Assembly: GCF_964204645.1 (NCBI RefSeq)
Contig: NW_027437460.1
Location: 33,001-97,000 of the forward strand
Length of the DNA: 64,000 nt
Direction of reading: 5' to 3'
Origin: Tubulanus polymorphus
Taxonomy: Eukaryota > Animalia > Nemertea
Both the position numbers and the translations under genes were made by a program. The notes under the pieces were generated by a model that saw nothing but the letters and a program-made list of their open reading frames with translations, did not search any database and was not told where the DNA came from. How positions within the stretch are numbered: position 1 is the stretch's first letter; each line of letters starts with the position of its first letter. Below, one piece after another: positions 1-15,000 of this stretch.

Positions 1-3000
1 GTTTACCTTAACCTATCATTTCAGATCGAATCTATCATCTTCAGGAGCAAAAGTAGCTAGAAAATTCTTAATCTTTCCACCTATCTATTTCAAATCAGTT
101 CAATACGCCTAAACCCATCTTTTCAGATTGAAACCATCATCTTCAGAAGCAAAAGCAGCCAGAAAATTCTGAATCTTTCAAACAGTCTATTGAAAATCAG
201 TTCATTACACCCTAACCCACCAATTAAGATAGAATTCATCATCTTTAGGACCATATTTAGCTAGAAAAATCTGTATCTTTCAACCCATCTACTCGAAATC
301 AGTTCAGTTTACCTTAACCTATCATTTCAGATTGAATCTATCATCTTCAGGAGCAAAAGTAGCTAGAAAATTCTTAATCTTTCCACCTATCTATTTCAAA
401 TCAGTTCAATACGCCTAAACCCATCTTTTCAGATTGAATCCATCATCTTCAGAAGCAAAAGCAGCCAGGAAATTCTGAATCTTTCAAACAGTCTATTGAA
501 AATCAGTTCACTACTCCCTAACCCACCAATTAAGATAGAATTCATCATCTTTGGGACCATATTTAGCTAGAAAAATCTGTATCTTTCAACCCATCTACTC
601 GAAATCAGTTTAGTTTACCTTAACCTAGCATTTGAGATCGAATCCATCATCTTTAGGAGCAAAAGTAGCAAGAAAATTCTTAATCTTTCCACCTATCTAT
701 TTCAAATCAGTTCAATACGCCAAAAACTATCTTTTCAGATTGAATCCATCACCTTCAGAAGCAAAAGAAGCCAGAAAATTCTGAATCTTTCAAACAGTCT
801 ATTGAAAATCAGTTCAGTACACCCTAACCCACCAATTAAGATAGAATTCATCATCTTTAGGACCATATTTAGCTAGAAAAATCTGTATCTTTCAACCCAT
901 CTACTCGAAATCAGTTCAGTTTACCTTAACCTATCATTTCAGATCGAATTCATCATCTTCAGGAGCATTTAGTAGCCAGAAAATTCTTAATCTTTCCACC
1001 TATCTATTTCAAATCAGTTCAATACGCCTAAACCCATCTTTTCAGATTGAAACCATCATCTTCAGAAGCAAAAGCAGCCAGAAAATTCTGAATCTTTCAA
1101 ACAGTCTATTGAAAATCAGTTCAGTACACCCTAACCCACCAATTAAGATAGAATTCATCATCTTTAGGACCATATTTAGCTAGAAAAATCTGTATCTTTC
1201 AACCCATCTACTCGAAATCAGTTCAGTTTACCTTAACCTATCATTTCAGATCGAATCCATCATCTTCAGGAGCAAAAGTAGCTAGAAAATTCTTAATCTT
1301 TCCACCTATCTATTTGAAATCAGTTCAATACGCCTAAACCCATCTTTTCAGATTGAATCCATCATCTTCAGAAGCAAAAGCAGCCAGAAAATTCTGAATC
1401 TTTCAAACAGTCTATTGAAAATCAGTTCAGTACACCCTAACCCACCAATTAAGATAGAATTCATCATCTTTAGGACCATATTTAGCTAGAAAAATCTGTA
1501 TCTTTCAACCCATCTACTCGAAATCAGTTCAGTTTACCTTAACCTATCATTTCAGATCGAATCCATCATCTTCAGGAGCATTTAGTAGCCAGAAAATTCT
1601 TAACCTTTCCACCTATCTATTTCAAATCAGTTCAATACGCCTAAACCCATCTTTTTAGATTGAATCCATCATCTTCAGAAGCAAAAGCAGCCAGAAAATC
1701 CTGAATCTTTCAAACAGTCTATTCAAAATCAGTTCAGTACACCCTAACACACCAATTAAGATAGAATTCATCATCTTTAGGACCATATTTAGCTAGAAAA
1801 ATCTGTATCTTTCAACCGATCTACTCGAAATCAGTTCAGTTTACCTTAACCTATCATTTCAGATCGAATCCATCATCTTCAGGAGCAAAAGTAGCTAGAA
1901 AATTCTTAATCTTTCCACCTATCTATTTGAAGTCAGTTCAATACGCCTTAACCCATCTTTTCAGATTGAAACCATCATCTTCAGAAGCAAAAGCAGCCAG
2001 AAAATTCTGAATCTTTCAAACAGTCTATTGAAAATCAGTTCAGTACACCCTAACCCACCAATTAAGATAGAATTCATCATCTTTAGGACCATATTTAGCT
2101 AGAAAAATCTGTATCTTTCAACCCATCCACCAAAAATCAGTTCAGTTTACCTTAACCTATCATTTCAGATCGAATCCATCATCTTCAGGAGCAAAAGTAG
2201 CTAGAAAATTCTTAATCTTTCCACCTATCTATTTGAAATCAGTTCAATACGCCTAAACCCATCTTTTCAGATTGAATCCATCATCTTCAGAAGCAAAAGC
2301 AGCCAGAAAATTCTGAATCTTTCAAACAGTCTATTGAAAATCAGTTCAGTACACCCTAACCCACCAATTAAGATAGATTCATCATCTTTAGGACCATATT
2401 TAGCTAGAAAAATCTGTATCTTTCAACCCATCTACTCGAAATCAGTTCAGTTTACCTTAACCTATCATTTCAGATCGAATCCATCATCTTCAGGAGCAAA
2501 AAGTAGCTAGAAAATTCTTAATCTTTCCACCTATCTATTTCAAATCAGTTCAATACGCCTAAACCCATCTTTTCAGATTGAATCCATCATCTTCAGAAGC
2601 AAAAGCAGCCAGAAAATTCTGAATCTTTCAAACAGTCTATTGAAAATCAGTTCAGTACACCCTAACCCACCAATTAAGATAGATTCATCATCTTTAGGAC
2701 CATATTTAGCTAGAAAAATCTGTATCTTTCAACCCATCTACTCGAAATCAGTTCAATTTACCTTAACCAATCATTTCAGATCGAATCCATCATCATCAGG
2801 AGCAAAAGTAGCTAGAAAATTCTTAATCTTTCCACCTATCTATTTGAAATCAGTTCAATACGCCTAAACCCATCTTTTCAGATTGAATCCATCATCTTCA
2901 GAAGCAAAAGCAGCCAGAAAATTCTGAATCTTTCAAAGAGTCTATTGAAAATCAGTTCAGTACACCCTAACCCACCAATTAAGATAGATTCATCATCTTT

Positions 3001-6000
3001 AGGACCATATTTAGCTAGAAAAATCTGTATCTTTCAACCCATCTACTCGAAATCAGTTCAGTTTACCTTAACCTATCATTTCAGATCGAATCCATCATCT
3101 TCAGGAGCAAAAAGTAGCTAGAAAATTCTTAATCTTTCCACCTATCTATTTCAAATCAGTTCAATACGCCTAAACCCATCTTTTCAGATTGAAAGCATCA
3201 TCTTCAGAAGCAAAAGCAGCCAGAAAATTCTGAATCTTTCAAACAGTCTATTGAAAATCAGTTCAGTACACCCTAACCCACCAATTAAGATAGAATTCAT
3301 CATCTTTAGGACCATATTTAGCTAGAAAAATCTGTATCTTTCAACCGATCTACTCGAAATCAGTTCAATTTACCTTAACCAATCATTTCAGATCGAATCC
3401 ATCATCTTCAGGAGCAAAAGTAGCTAGAAAATTCTTAATCTTTCCACCTATCTATTTGAAATCAGTTCAATACGCTTAAACCCATCTTTTCAGATTGAAT
3501 CCATCATCTTCAGAAGCAAAAGCAGCCAGAAAATTCTGAATCTTTCAAACAGTCTATTGAAAATCAGTTCAGTACACCCTAACCCACCAATTAAGATAGA
3601 TTCATCATCTTTAGGACCATATTTAGCTAGAAAAATCTGTATCTTTCAACCCATCTACTCGAAATCAGTTCAGTTTACCTTAACCTATCATTTCAGATCG
3701 AATCCATCATCTTCAGGAGCAAAAAGTAGCTAGAAAATTCTTAATCTTTCCACCTATCTATTTCAAATCAGTTCAATACGCCTAAACCCATCTTTTCAGA
3801 TTGAAAGCATCATCTTCAGAAGCAAAAGCAGCCAGAAAATTCTGAATCTTTCAAACAGTCTATTGAAAATCAGTTCAGTACACCCTAACCCACCAATTAA
3901 GATAGAATTCATCATCTTTAGGACCATATTTAGCTAGAAAAATCTGTATCTTTCAACCCATCTACTCGAAATCAGTTCAGATTACCTTAACCTATCATTT
4001 GAGATCGAATCCATCATCTTCAGGAGCATTTAGTAGCCAGAAAATTCTTAACCTTTCCACCTATCTATTTCAAATCAGTTCAATACGCCTAAACCCATCT
4101 TTTCAGATTGAATCCATCATCTTCAGAAGCAAAAGCAGCCAGAAAATCCTGAATCTTTCAAACAGTCTATTCAAAATCAGTTCAGTACACCCTAACACAC
4201 CAATTAAGATAGAATTCATCATCTTTAGGACCATATTTAGCTAGAAAAATCTGTATCTTTCAACCGATCTACTCGAAATCAGTTCAGTTTACCTTAACCT
4301 ATCATTTCAGATCGAATCCATCATCTTCAGGAGCATTTAGTAGCCAGAAAATTCTTAATCTTTCCACCTATCTATTTCAAATCAGTTCAATACGCCTAAA
4401 CCCATCTTTTCAGATTGAATCCATCATCTTCAGAAGCAAAAGCAGCCAGAAAATCCTGAATCTTTCAAACAGTCTATTGAAAATCAGTTCAGTACTCCCT
4501 AACCCACCAATTAAGATAGAATTCATCATCTTTAGGACCATATTTAGCTAGAAAAATCTGTATCTTTCAACCGATCTACTCGAAATCAGTTCAGTTTACC
4601 TTAACCTATCATTTCAGATCGAATCCATCATCTTCAGGAGCAAAAGTAGCTAGAAAATTCTTAATCTTTCCACCTATCTATTTGAAGTCAGTTCAATACG
4701 CCTTAACCCATCTTTTCAGATTGAAACCATCATCTTCAGAAGCAAAAGCAGCCAGAAAATTCTGAATCTTTCAAACAGTCTATTGAAAATCAGTTCAGTA
4801 CACCCTAACCCACCAATTAAGATAGAATTCATCATCTTTAGGACCATATTTAGCTAGAAAAATCTGTATCTTTCAACCCATCCACCAAAAATCAGTTCAG
4901 TTTACCTTAACCTATCATTTCAGATCGAATCCATCATCTTCAGGAGCAAAAGTAGCTAGAAAATTCTTAATCTTTCCACCTATCTATTTGAAGTCAGTTC
5001 AATACGCCTTAACCCATCTTTTCAGATTGAAACCATCATCTTCAGAAGCAAAAGCAGCCAGAAAATTCTGAATCTTTCAAACAGTCTATTGAAAATCAGT
5101 TCAGTACACCCTAACCCACCAATTAAGATAGAATTCATCATCTTTAGGACCATATTTAGCTAGAAAAATCTGTATCTTTCAACCCATCTACTCGAAATCA
5201 GTTTAGTTTACCTTAACCTATCATTTGAGATCGAATCCATCATCTTCAGGAGCATTTAGTAGCCAGAAAATTCTTAATCTTTCCACCTATCTATTTCAAA
5301 TCAGTTCAATACGCCTAAACCCATCTTTTCAGATTGAATCCATCATCTTCAGAAGCAAAAGCAGCCAGAAAATTCTGAATCTTTCAAACAGTCTATTGAA
5401 AATCAGTTCAGTACACCCTAACCCACCAATTAAGATAGAATTCATCATCTTTAGGACCATATTTAGCTAGAAAAATCTGTATCTTTCAACCCATCTACTC
5501 GAAATCAGTTCAGTTTACCTTAACCTATCATTTCAGATCGAATCTATCATCTTCAGGAGCAAAAGTAGCTAGAAAATTCTTAATCTTTCCACCTATCTAT
5601 TTCAAATCAGTTCAATACGCCTAAACCCATCTTTTCAGATTGAAACCATCATCTTCAGAAGCAAAAGCAGCCAGAAAATTCTGAATCTTTCAAACAGTCT
5701 ATTGAAAATCAGTTCAGTACACCCTAACCCACCAATTAAGATAGATTCATCATCTTTAGGACCATATTTAGCTAGAAAAATCTGTATCTTTCAACCCATC
5801 TACTCGAAATCAGTTCAGTTTACCTTAACCTATCATTTCAGATCGAATCCATCATCTTCAGGAGCATTTAGTAGCCAGAAAATTCTCAATCTTTCCACCT
5901 ATCTATTTCAAATCAGTTCAATACGCCTAAACCCATCTTTTCAGATTGAATCCATCATCTTCAGAAGCAAAAGCAGCCAGAAAATTCTGAATCTTTCAAA

Positions 6001-9000
6001 CAGTCTATTGAAAATCAGTTCAGTACACCCTAACCCACCAATTAAGATAGAATTCATCATCTTTAGGACCATATTTAGCTAGAAAAATCTGTATCTTTCA
6101 ACCGATCTACTCGAAATCAGTTCAATTTACCTTAACCAATCATTTCAGATCGAATCCATCATCTTCAGGAGCAAAAGTAGCTAGAAAATTCTTAATCTTT
6201 CCACCTATCTATTTGAAATCAGTTCAATACGCTTAAACCCATCTTTTCAGATTGAATCCATCATCTTCAGAAGCAAAAGCAGCCAGAAAATTCTGAATCT
6301 TTCAAACAGTCTATTGAAAATCAGTTCAGTACACCCTAACCCACCAATTAAGATAGATTCATCATCTTTAGGACCATATTTAGCTAGAAAAATCTGTATC
6401 TTTCAACCCATCTACTCGAAATCAGTTCAGTTTACCTTAACCTATCATTTCAGATCGAATCCATCATCTTCAGGAGCAAAAAGTAGCTAGAAAATTCCTA
6501 ATCTTTCCACCTATCTATTTCAAATCAGTTCAATACGCCTAAACCCATCTTTTCAGATTGAAAGCATCATCTTCAGAAGCAAAAGCAGCCAGAAAATTCT
6601 GAATCTTTCAAACAGTCTATTGAAAATCAGTTCAGTACACCCTAACCCACCAATTAAGATAGAATTCATCATCTTTAGGACCATATTTAGCTAGAAAAAT
6701 CTGTATCTTTCAACCCATCTACTCGAAATCAGTTCAGATTACCTTAACCTATCATTTGAGATCGAATCCATCATCTTCAGGAGCATTTAGTAGCCAGAAA
6801 ATTCTTAACCTTTCCACCTATCTATTTCAAATCAGTTCAATACGCCTAAACCCATCTTTTCAGATTGAATCCATCATCTTCAGAAGCAAAAGCAGCCAGA
6901 AAATCCTGAATCTTTCAAACAGTCTATTCAAAATCAGTTCAGTACACCCTAACACACCAATTAAGATAGAATTCATCATCTTTAGGACCATATTTAGCTA
7001 GAAAAATCTGTATCTTTCAACCGATCTACTCGAAATCAGTTCAGTTTACCTTAACCTATCATTTCAGATCGAATCCATCATCTTCAGGAGCAAAAGTAGC
7101 TAGAAAATTCTTAATCTTTCCACCTATCTATTTGAAGTCAGTTCAATACGCCTTAACCCATCTTTTCAGATTGAAACCATCATCTTCAGAAGCAAAAGCA
7201 GCCAGAAAATTCTGAATCTTTCAAACAGTCTATTGAAAATCAGTTCAGTACACCCTAACCCACCAATTAAGATAGAATTCATCATCTTTAGGACCATATT
7301 TAGCTAGAAAAATCTGTATCTTTCAACCCATCCACCAAAAATCAGTTCAGTTTACCTTAACCTATCATTTCAGATCGAATCCATCATCTTCAGGAGCAAA
7401 AGTAGCTAGAAAATTCTTAATCTTTCCACCTATCTATTTGAAGTCAGTTCAATACGCCTTAACCCATCTTTTCAGATTGAAACCATCATCTTCAGAAGCA
7501 AAAGCAGCCAGAAAATTCTGAATCTTTCAAACAGTCTATTGAAAATCAGTTCAGTACACCCTAACCCACCAATTAAGATAGAATTCATCATCTTTAGGAC
7601 CATATTTAGCTAGAAAAATCTGTATCTTTCAACCCATCTACTCGAAATCAGTTTAGTTTACCTTAACCTATCATTTGAGATCGAATCCATCATCTTCAGG
7701 AGCATTTAGTAGCCAGAAAATTCTTAATCTTTCCACCTATCTATTTCAAATCAGTTCAATACGCCTAAACCCATCTTTTCAGATTGAATCCATCATCTTC
7801 AGAAGCAAAAGCAGCCAGAAAATTCTGAATCTTTCAAACAGTCTATTGAAAATCAGTTCAGTACACCCTAACCCACCAATTAAGATAGAATTCATCATCT
7901 TTAGGGCCATATTTAGCTAGAAAAATCTGTATCTTTCAACCCATCTACTCGAAATCAGTTCAGTTTACCTTAACCTATCATTTCAGATCGAATCTATCAT
8001 CTTCAGGAGCAAAAGTAGCTAGAAAATTCTTAATCTTTCCACCTATCTATTTCAAATCAGTTCAATACGCCTAAACCCATCTTTTCAGATTGAAACCATC
8101 ATCTTCAGAAGCAAAAGCAGCCAGAAAATTCTGAATCTTTCAAACAGTCTATTGAAAATCAGTTCATTACACCCTAACCCACCAATTAAGATAGAATTCA
8201 TCATCTTTAGGACCATATTTAGCTAGAAAAATCTGTATCTTTCAACCCATCTACTCGAAATCAGTTCAGTTTACCTTAACCTATCATTTCAGATTGAATC
8301 TATCATCTTCAGGAGCAAAAGTAGCTAGAAAATTCTTAATCTTTCCACCTATCTATTTCAAATCAGTTCAATACGCCTAAACCCATCTTTTCAGATTGAA
8401 TCCATCATCTTCAGAAGCAAAAGAAGCCAGAAAATTCTGAATCTTTCAAACAGTCTATTGAAAATCAGTTCAGTACTCCCTAACCCACCAATTAAGATAG
8501 AATTCATCATCTTTGGGACCATATTTAGCTAGAAAAATCTGTATCTTTCAACCCATCTACTCGAAATCAGTTTAGTTTACCTTAACCTAGCATTTGAGAT
8601 CGAATCCATCATCTTTAGGAGCAAAAGTAGCAAGAAAATTCTTAATCTTTCCACCTATCTATTTCAAATCAGTTCAATACGCCAAAAACTATCTTTTCAG
8701 ATTGAATCCATCACCTTCAGAAGCAAAAGAAGCCAGAAAATTCTGAATCTTTCAAACAGTCTATTGAAAATCAGTTCAGTACACCCTAACCCACCAATTA
8801 AGATAGAATTCATCATCTTTAGGACCATATTTAGCTAGAAAAATCTGTATCTTTCAACCCATCTACTCGAAATCAGTTCAGTTTACCTTAACCTATCATT
8901 TCAGATCGAATTCATCATCTTCAGGAGCATTTAGTAGCCAGAAAATTCTTAATCTTTCCACCTATCTATTTCAAATCAGTTCAATACGCCTAAACCCATC

Positions 9001-12000
9001 TTTTCAGATTGAAACCATCATCTTCAGAAGCAAAAGCAGCCAGAAAATTCTGAATCTTTCAAACAGTCTATTGAAAATCAGTTCAGTACACCCTAACCCA
9101 CCAATTAAGATAGAATTCATCATCTTTAGGACCATATTTAGCTAGAAAAATCTGTATCTTTCAACCCATCTACTCGAAATCAGTTCAGTTTACCTTAACC
9201 TATCATTTCAGATCGAATCCATCCTCTTCAGGAGCAAAAAGTAGCTAGAAAATTCTTAATCTTTCCACCTATCTATTTCAAAGCAGTTCAATACGCCTAA
9301 ACCCATCTTTTCAGATTGAAAGCATCATCTTCAGAAGCAAAAGCAGCCAGAAAATTCTGAATCTTTCAAACAGTCTATTGAAAATCAGTTCAGTACACCC
9401 TAACCCACCAATTAAGATAGAATTCATCATCTTTAGGACCATATTTAGCTAGAAAAATCTGTATCTTTCAACCCATCTACTCGAAATCAGTTCAGTTTAC
9501 CTTAACCTATCATTTCAGATTGAATCTATCATCTTCAGGAGCAAAAGTAGCTAGAAAATTCTTAATTTTTCCACCTATCTATTTCAAATCAGTTCAATAC
9601 GCCTAAACCCATCTTTTCAGATTGAATCCATCATCTTCAGAAGCAAAAGCAGCCAGAAAATCCTGAATCTTTCAAACAGTCTATTGAAAATCAGTTCAGT
9701 ACACCCTAACCCACCAATTAAGATAGAATTCATCATCTTTAGGACCATATTTAGCTAGAAAAATCTGTATCTTTCAACCGATCTACTCGAAATCAGTTCA
9801 CTTTACCTTAACCAATCATTTCAGATCGAATCCATCATCTTCAGGAGCAAAAGTAGCTAGAAAATTCTTAATCTTTCCACCTATCTATTTGAAATCAGTT
9901 CAATACGCCTAAACCCATCTTTTCAGATTGAATCCATCATCTTCAGAAGCAAAAGCAGCCAGAAAATTCTGAATCTTTCAAACAGTCTATTGAAAATCAG
10001 TTCAGTACACCCTAACCCACCAATTAAGATAGAATTCATCATCTTTAGGACCATATTTAGCTAGAAAAATCTGTATCTTTCAACCCATCTACTCGAAATC
10101 AGTTCAGTTTACCTTAACCTATCATTTAAGATCGAATCCATCCTCTTCAGGAGCAAAAAGTAGCTAGAAAATTCTTAATCTTTCCACCTATCTATTTCAA
10201 AGCAGTTCAATACGCCTAAACCCATCTTTTCAGATTGAAAGCATCATCTTCAGAAGCAAAAGCAGCCAGAAAATTCTGAATCTTTCAAACAGTCTATTGA
10301 AAATCAGTTCAGTACACCCTAACCCACCAATTAAGATAGAATTCATCATCTTTAGGACCATATTTAGCTAGAAAAATCTGTATCTTTTAACCCATCTACT
10401 CGAAATCAGTTCAGTTTACCTTAACCTATCATTTCAGATTGAATCGATCATCTTCAGGAGCAAAAGTAGCTAGAAAATTCTTAATTTTTCCACCTATCTA
10501 TTTCAAATCAGTTCAATACGCCTAAACCCATCTTTTCAGATTGAATCCATCATCTTCAGAAGCAAAAGCAGCCAGAAAATTCTGAATCTTTCAAACAGTC
10601 TATTGAAAATCAGTTCAGTACACCCTAACCCACCAATTAAGATAGAATTCATCATCTTTAGGACCATATTTAGCTAGAAAAATCTGTATCTTTCAACCCA
10701 TCTACTCGAAATCAGTTCAGTTTACCTTAACCTATCATTTCAGATCGAATCCATCATCTTCAGGAGCATTTAGTAGCCAGAAAATTCTTAATCTTTCCAC
10801 CTATCTATTTCAAATCAGTTCAATACGCCTAAACCCATCTTTTCAGATTGAATCCATCATCTTCAGAAGCAAAAGCAGCCAGAAAATCCTGAATCTTTCA
10901 AACAGTCTATTGAAAATCAGTTCAGTACACCCTAACCCACCAATTAAGATAGAATTCATCATCTTTAGGACCATATTTAGCTAGAAAAATCTGTATCTTT
11001 CAACCGATCTACTCGAAATCAGTTCACTTTACCTTAACCAATCATTTCAGATCGAATCCATCATCTTCAGGAGCAAAAGTAGCTAGAAAATTCTTAATCT
11101 TTCCACCTATCTATTTGAAATCAGTTCAATACGCCTAAACCCATCTTTTCAGATTGAATCCATCATCTTCAGAAGCAAAAGCAGCCAGAAAATTCTGAAT
11201 CTTTCAAACAGTCTATTGAAAATCAGTTCAGTACACCCTAACCCACCAATTAAGATAGATTCATCATCTTTAGGACCATATTTAGCTAGAAAAATCTGTA
11301 TCTTTCAACCCATCTACTCGAAATCAGTTCAGTTTACCTTAACCTATCATTTGAGATCGAATCCATCATCTTCAGGAGCATTTAGTAGCCAGAAAATTCT
11401 TAAACTTTCCACCTATCTATTTCAAATCAGTTCAATACGCCTAAACCCATCTTTTCAGATTGAATCCATCATCTTCAGAAGCAAAAGCAGCCAGAAAATT
11501 CTGAATCTTTCAAACAGTCTATTGAAAATCAGTTCAGTACACCCTAACCCACCAATTAAGATAGAATTCATCATCTTTAGGACCATATTTAGCTAGAAAA
11601 ATCTGTATCTTTCAACCGATCTACTCGAAATCAGTTCAGTTTACCTTAACCTATCATTTCAGATCGAATCCATCATCTTCAGGAGCAAAAAGTAGCTAGA
11701 AAATTCTTAATCTTTCCACCTATCTATTTCAAATCAGTTCAATACGCCTAAACCCATCTTTTCAGATTGAAAGCATCATCTTCAGAAGCAAAAGCAGCCA
11801 GAAAATTCTGAATCTTTCAAACAGTCTATTGAAAATCAGTTCAGTACACCCTAACCCACCAATTAAGATAGAATTCATCATCTTTAGGACCATATTTAGC
11901 TAGAAAAATCTGTATCTTTCAACCCATCAACTCGAAATCAGTTCAGTTTACCTTAACCTATCATTTCAGATTGAATCTATCATCTTCAGGAGCAAAAGTA

Positions 12001-15000
12001 GCTAGAAAATTCGTAATCTTTCCACCTATCTATTTGAAATCAGTTCAATACGCCTAAACCCATCTTTTCAGATTGAATCCATCATCTTCAGAAGCAAAAG
12101 CAGCCAGAAAATTCTGAATCTTTCAAACAGTCTATTGAAAATCAGTTCAGTACTCCCTAACCCACCAATTAAGATAGAATTCATCATCTTTAGGACCATA
12201 TTTAGCTAGAAAAATCTGTATCTTTCAACCCATCTACTCGAAATCAGTTCAGTTTACCTTAACCTATCATTTCAGATCGAATTCATCATCTTCAGGAGCA
12301 TTTAGTAGCCAGAAAATTCTTAATCTTTCCACCTATCTATTTCAAATCAGTTCAATACGCCTAAACCCATCTTTTCAGATTGAAACTATCATCTTCAGAA
12401 GCAAAAGCAGCCAGAAAATTCTGAATCTTTCAAACAGTCTATTGAAAATCAGTTCAGTACACCCTAACCCACCAATTAAGATAGAATTCATCATCTTTAG
12501 GACCATATTTAGCTAGAAAAATCTGTATCTTTCAACCCATCTACTCGAAATCAGTTCAGTTTACCTTAACCTATCATTTCAGATCGAATCCATCCTCTTC
12601 AGGAGCAAAAAGTAGCTAGAAAATTCTTAATCTTTCCACCTATCTATTTCAAAGCAGTTCAATACGCCTAAACCCATCTTTTCAGATTGAAAGCATCATC
12701 TTCAGAAGCAAAAGCAGCCAGAAAATTCTGAATCTTTCAAACAGTCTATTGAAAATCAGTTCAGTACACCCTAACCCACCAATTAAGATAGAATTCATCA
12801 TCTTTAGGACCATATTTAGCTAGAAAAATCTGTATCTTTCAACCGATCTACTCGAAATCAGTTCACTTTACCTTAACCAATCATTTCAGATCGAATCCAT
12901 CATCTTCAGGAGCAAAAGTAGCTAGAAAATTCTTAATCTTTCCACCTATCTATTTGAAATCAGTTCAATACGCCTAAACCCATCTTTTCAGATTGAATCC
13001 ATCATCTTCAGAAGCAAAAGCAGCCAGAAAATTCTGAATCTTTCAAACAGTCTATTGAAAATCAGTTCAGTACACCCTAACCCACCAATTAAGATAGAAT
13101 TCATCATCTTTAGGACCATATTTAGCTAGAAAAATCTGTATCTTTCAACCCATCTACTCGAAATCAGTTCAGTTTACCTTAACCTATCATTTAAGATCGA
13201 ATCCATCCTCTTCAGGAGCAAAAAGTAGCTAGAAAATTCTTAATCTTTCCACCTATCTATTTCAAAGCAGTTCAATACGCCTAAACCCATCTTTTCAGAT
13301 TGAAAGCATCATCTTCAGAAGCAAAAGCAGCCAGAAAATTCTGAATCTTTCAAACAGTCTATTGAAAATCAGTTCAGTACACCCTAACCCACCAATTAAG
13401 ATAGAATTCATCATCTTTAGGACCATATTTAGCTAGAAAAATCTGTATCTTTTAACCCATCTACTCGAAATCAGTTCAGTTTACCTTAACCTATCATTTC
13501 AGATTGAATCGATCATCTTCAGGAGCAAAAGTAGCTAGAAAATTCTTAATTTTTCCACCTATCTATTTCAAATCAGTTCAATACGCCTAAACCCATCTTT
13601 TCAGATTGAATCCATCATCTTCAGAAGCAAAAGCAGCCAGAAAATTCTGAATCTTTCAAACAGTCTATTGAAAATCAGTTCAGTACACCCTAACCCACCA
13701 ATTAAGATAGAATTCATCATCTTTAGGACCATATTTAGCTAGAAAAATCTGTATCTTTCAACCCATCTACTCGAAATCAGTTCAGTTTACCTTAACCTAT
13801 CATTTCAGATCGAATCCATCATCTTCAGGAGCATTTAGTAGCCAGAAAATTCTTAATCTTTCCACCTATCTATTTCAAATCAGTTCAATACGCCTAAACC
13901 CATCTTTTCAGATTGAATCCATCATCTTCAGAAGCAAAAGCAGCCAGAAAATCCTGAATCTTTCAAACAGTCTATTGAAAATCAGTTCAGTACACCCTAA
14001 CCCACCAATTAAGATAGAATTCATCATCTTTAGGACCATATTTAGCTAGAAAAATCTGTATCTTTCAACCCATCTACTCGAAATCAGTTCAGTTTACCTT
14101 AACCTATCATTTGAGATCGAATCCATCATCTTCAGGAGCATTTAGTAGCCAGAAAATTCTTAAACTTTCCACCTATCTATTTCAAATCAGTTCAATACGC
14201 CTAAACCCATCTTTTCAGATTGAATCCATCATCTTCAGAAGCAAAAGCAGCCAGAAAATTCTGAATCTTTCAAACAGTCTATTGAAAATCAGTTCAGTAC
14301 ACCCTAACCCACCAATTAAGATAGAATTCATCATCTTTAGGACCATATTTAGCTAGAAAAATCTGTATCTTTCAACCGATCTACTCGAAATCAGTTCAGT
14401 TTACCTTAACCTATCATTTCAGATCGAATCCATCATCTTCAGGAGCAAAAAGTAGCTAGAAAATTCTTAATCTTTCCACCTATCTATTTCAAATCAGTTC
14501 AATACGCCTAAACCCATCTTTTCAGATTGAAAGCATCATCTTCAGAAGCAAAAGCAGCCAGAAAATTCTGAATCTTTCAAACAGTCTATTGAAAATCAGT
14601 TCAGTACACCCTAACCCACCAATTAAGATAGAATTCATCATCTTTAGGACCATATTTAGCTAGAAAAATCTGTATCTTTCAACCCATCAACTCGAAATCA
14701 GTTCAGTTTACCTTAACCTATCATTTCAGATTGAATCTATCATCTTCAGGAGCAAAAGTAGCTAGAAAATTCGTAATCTTTCCACCTATCTATTTGAAAT
14801 CAGTTCAATACGCCTAAACCCATCTTTTCAGATTGAATCCATCATCTTCAGAAGCAAAAGCAGCCAGAAAATTCTGAATCTTTCAAACAGTCTATTGAAA
14901 ATCAGTTCAGTACTCCCTAACCCACCAATTAAGATAGAATTCATCATCTTTAGGACCATATTTAGCTAGAAAAATCTGTATCTTTCAACCCATCTACTCG

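Noticed and set aside
1-306. 102 bp = 34 codons, i.e. a possible TPR-like giant repeat protein on either strand
   Set aside because: The minus-strand frames I translated contain stops, the ORF track shows no minus-strand ORFs and only short plus-strand ones, and frequent 1-bp indels break the frame.
285-310. CENP-B box in the monomer
   Set aside because: No match to TTCG....A..CGGG was found.
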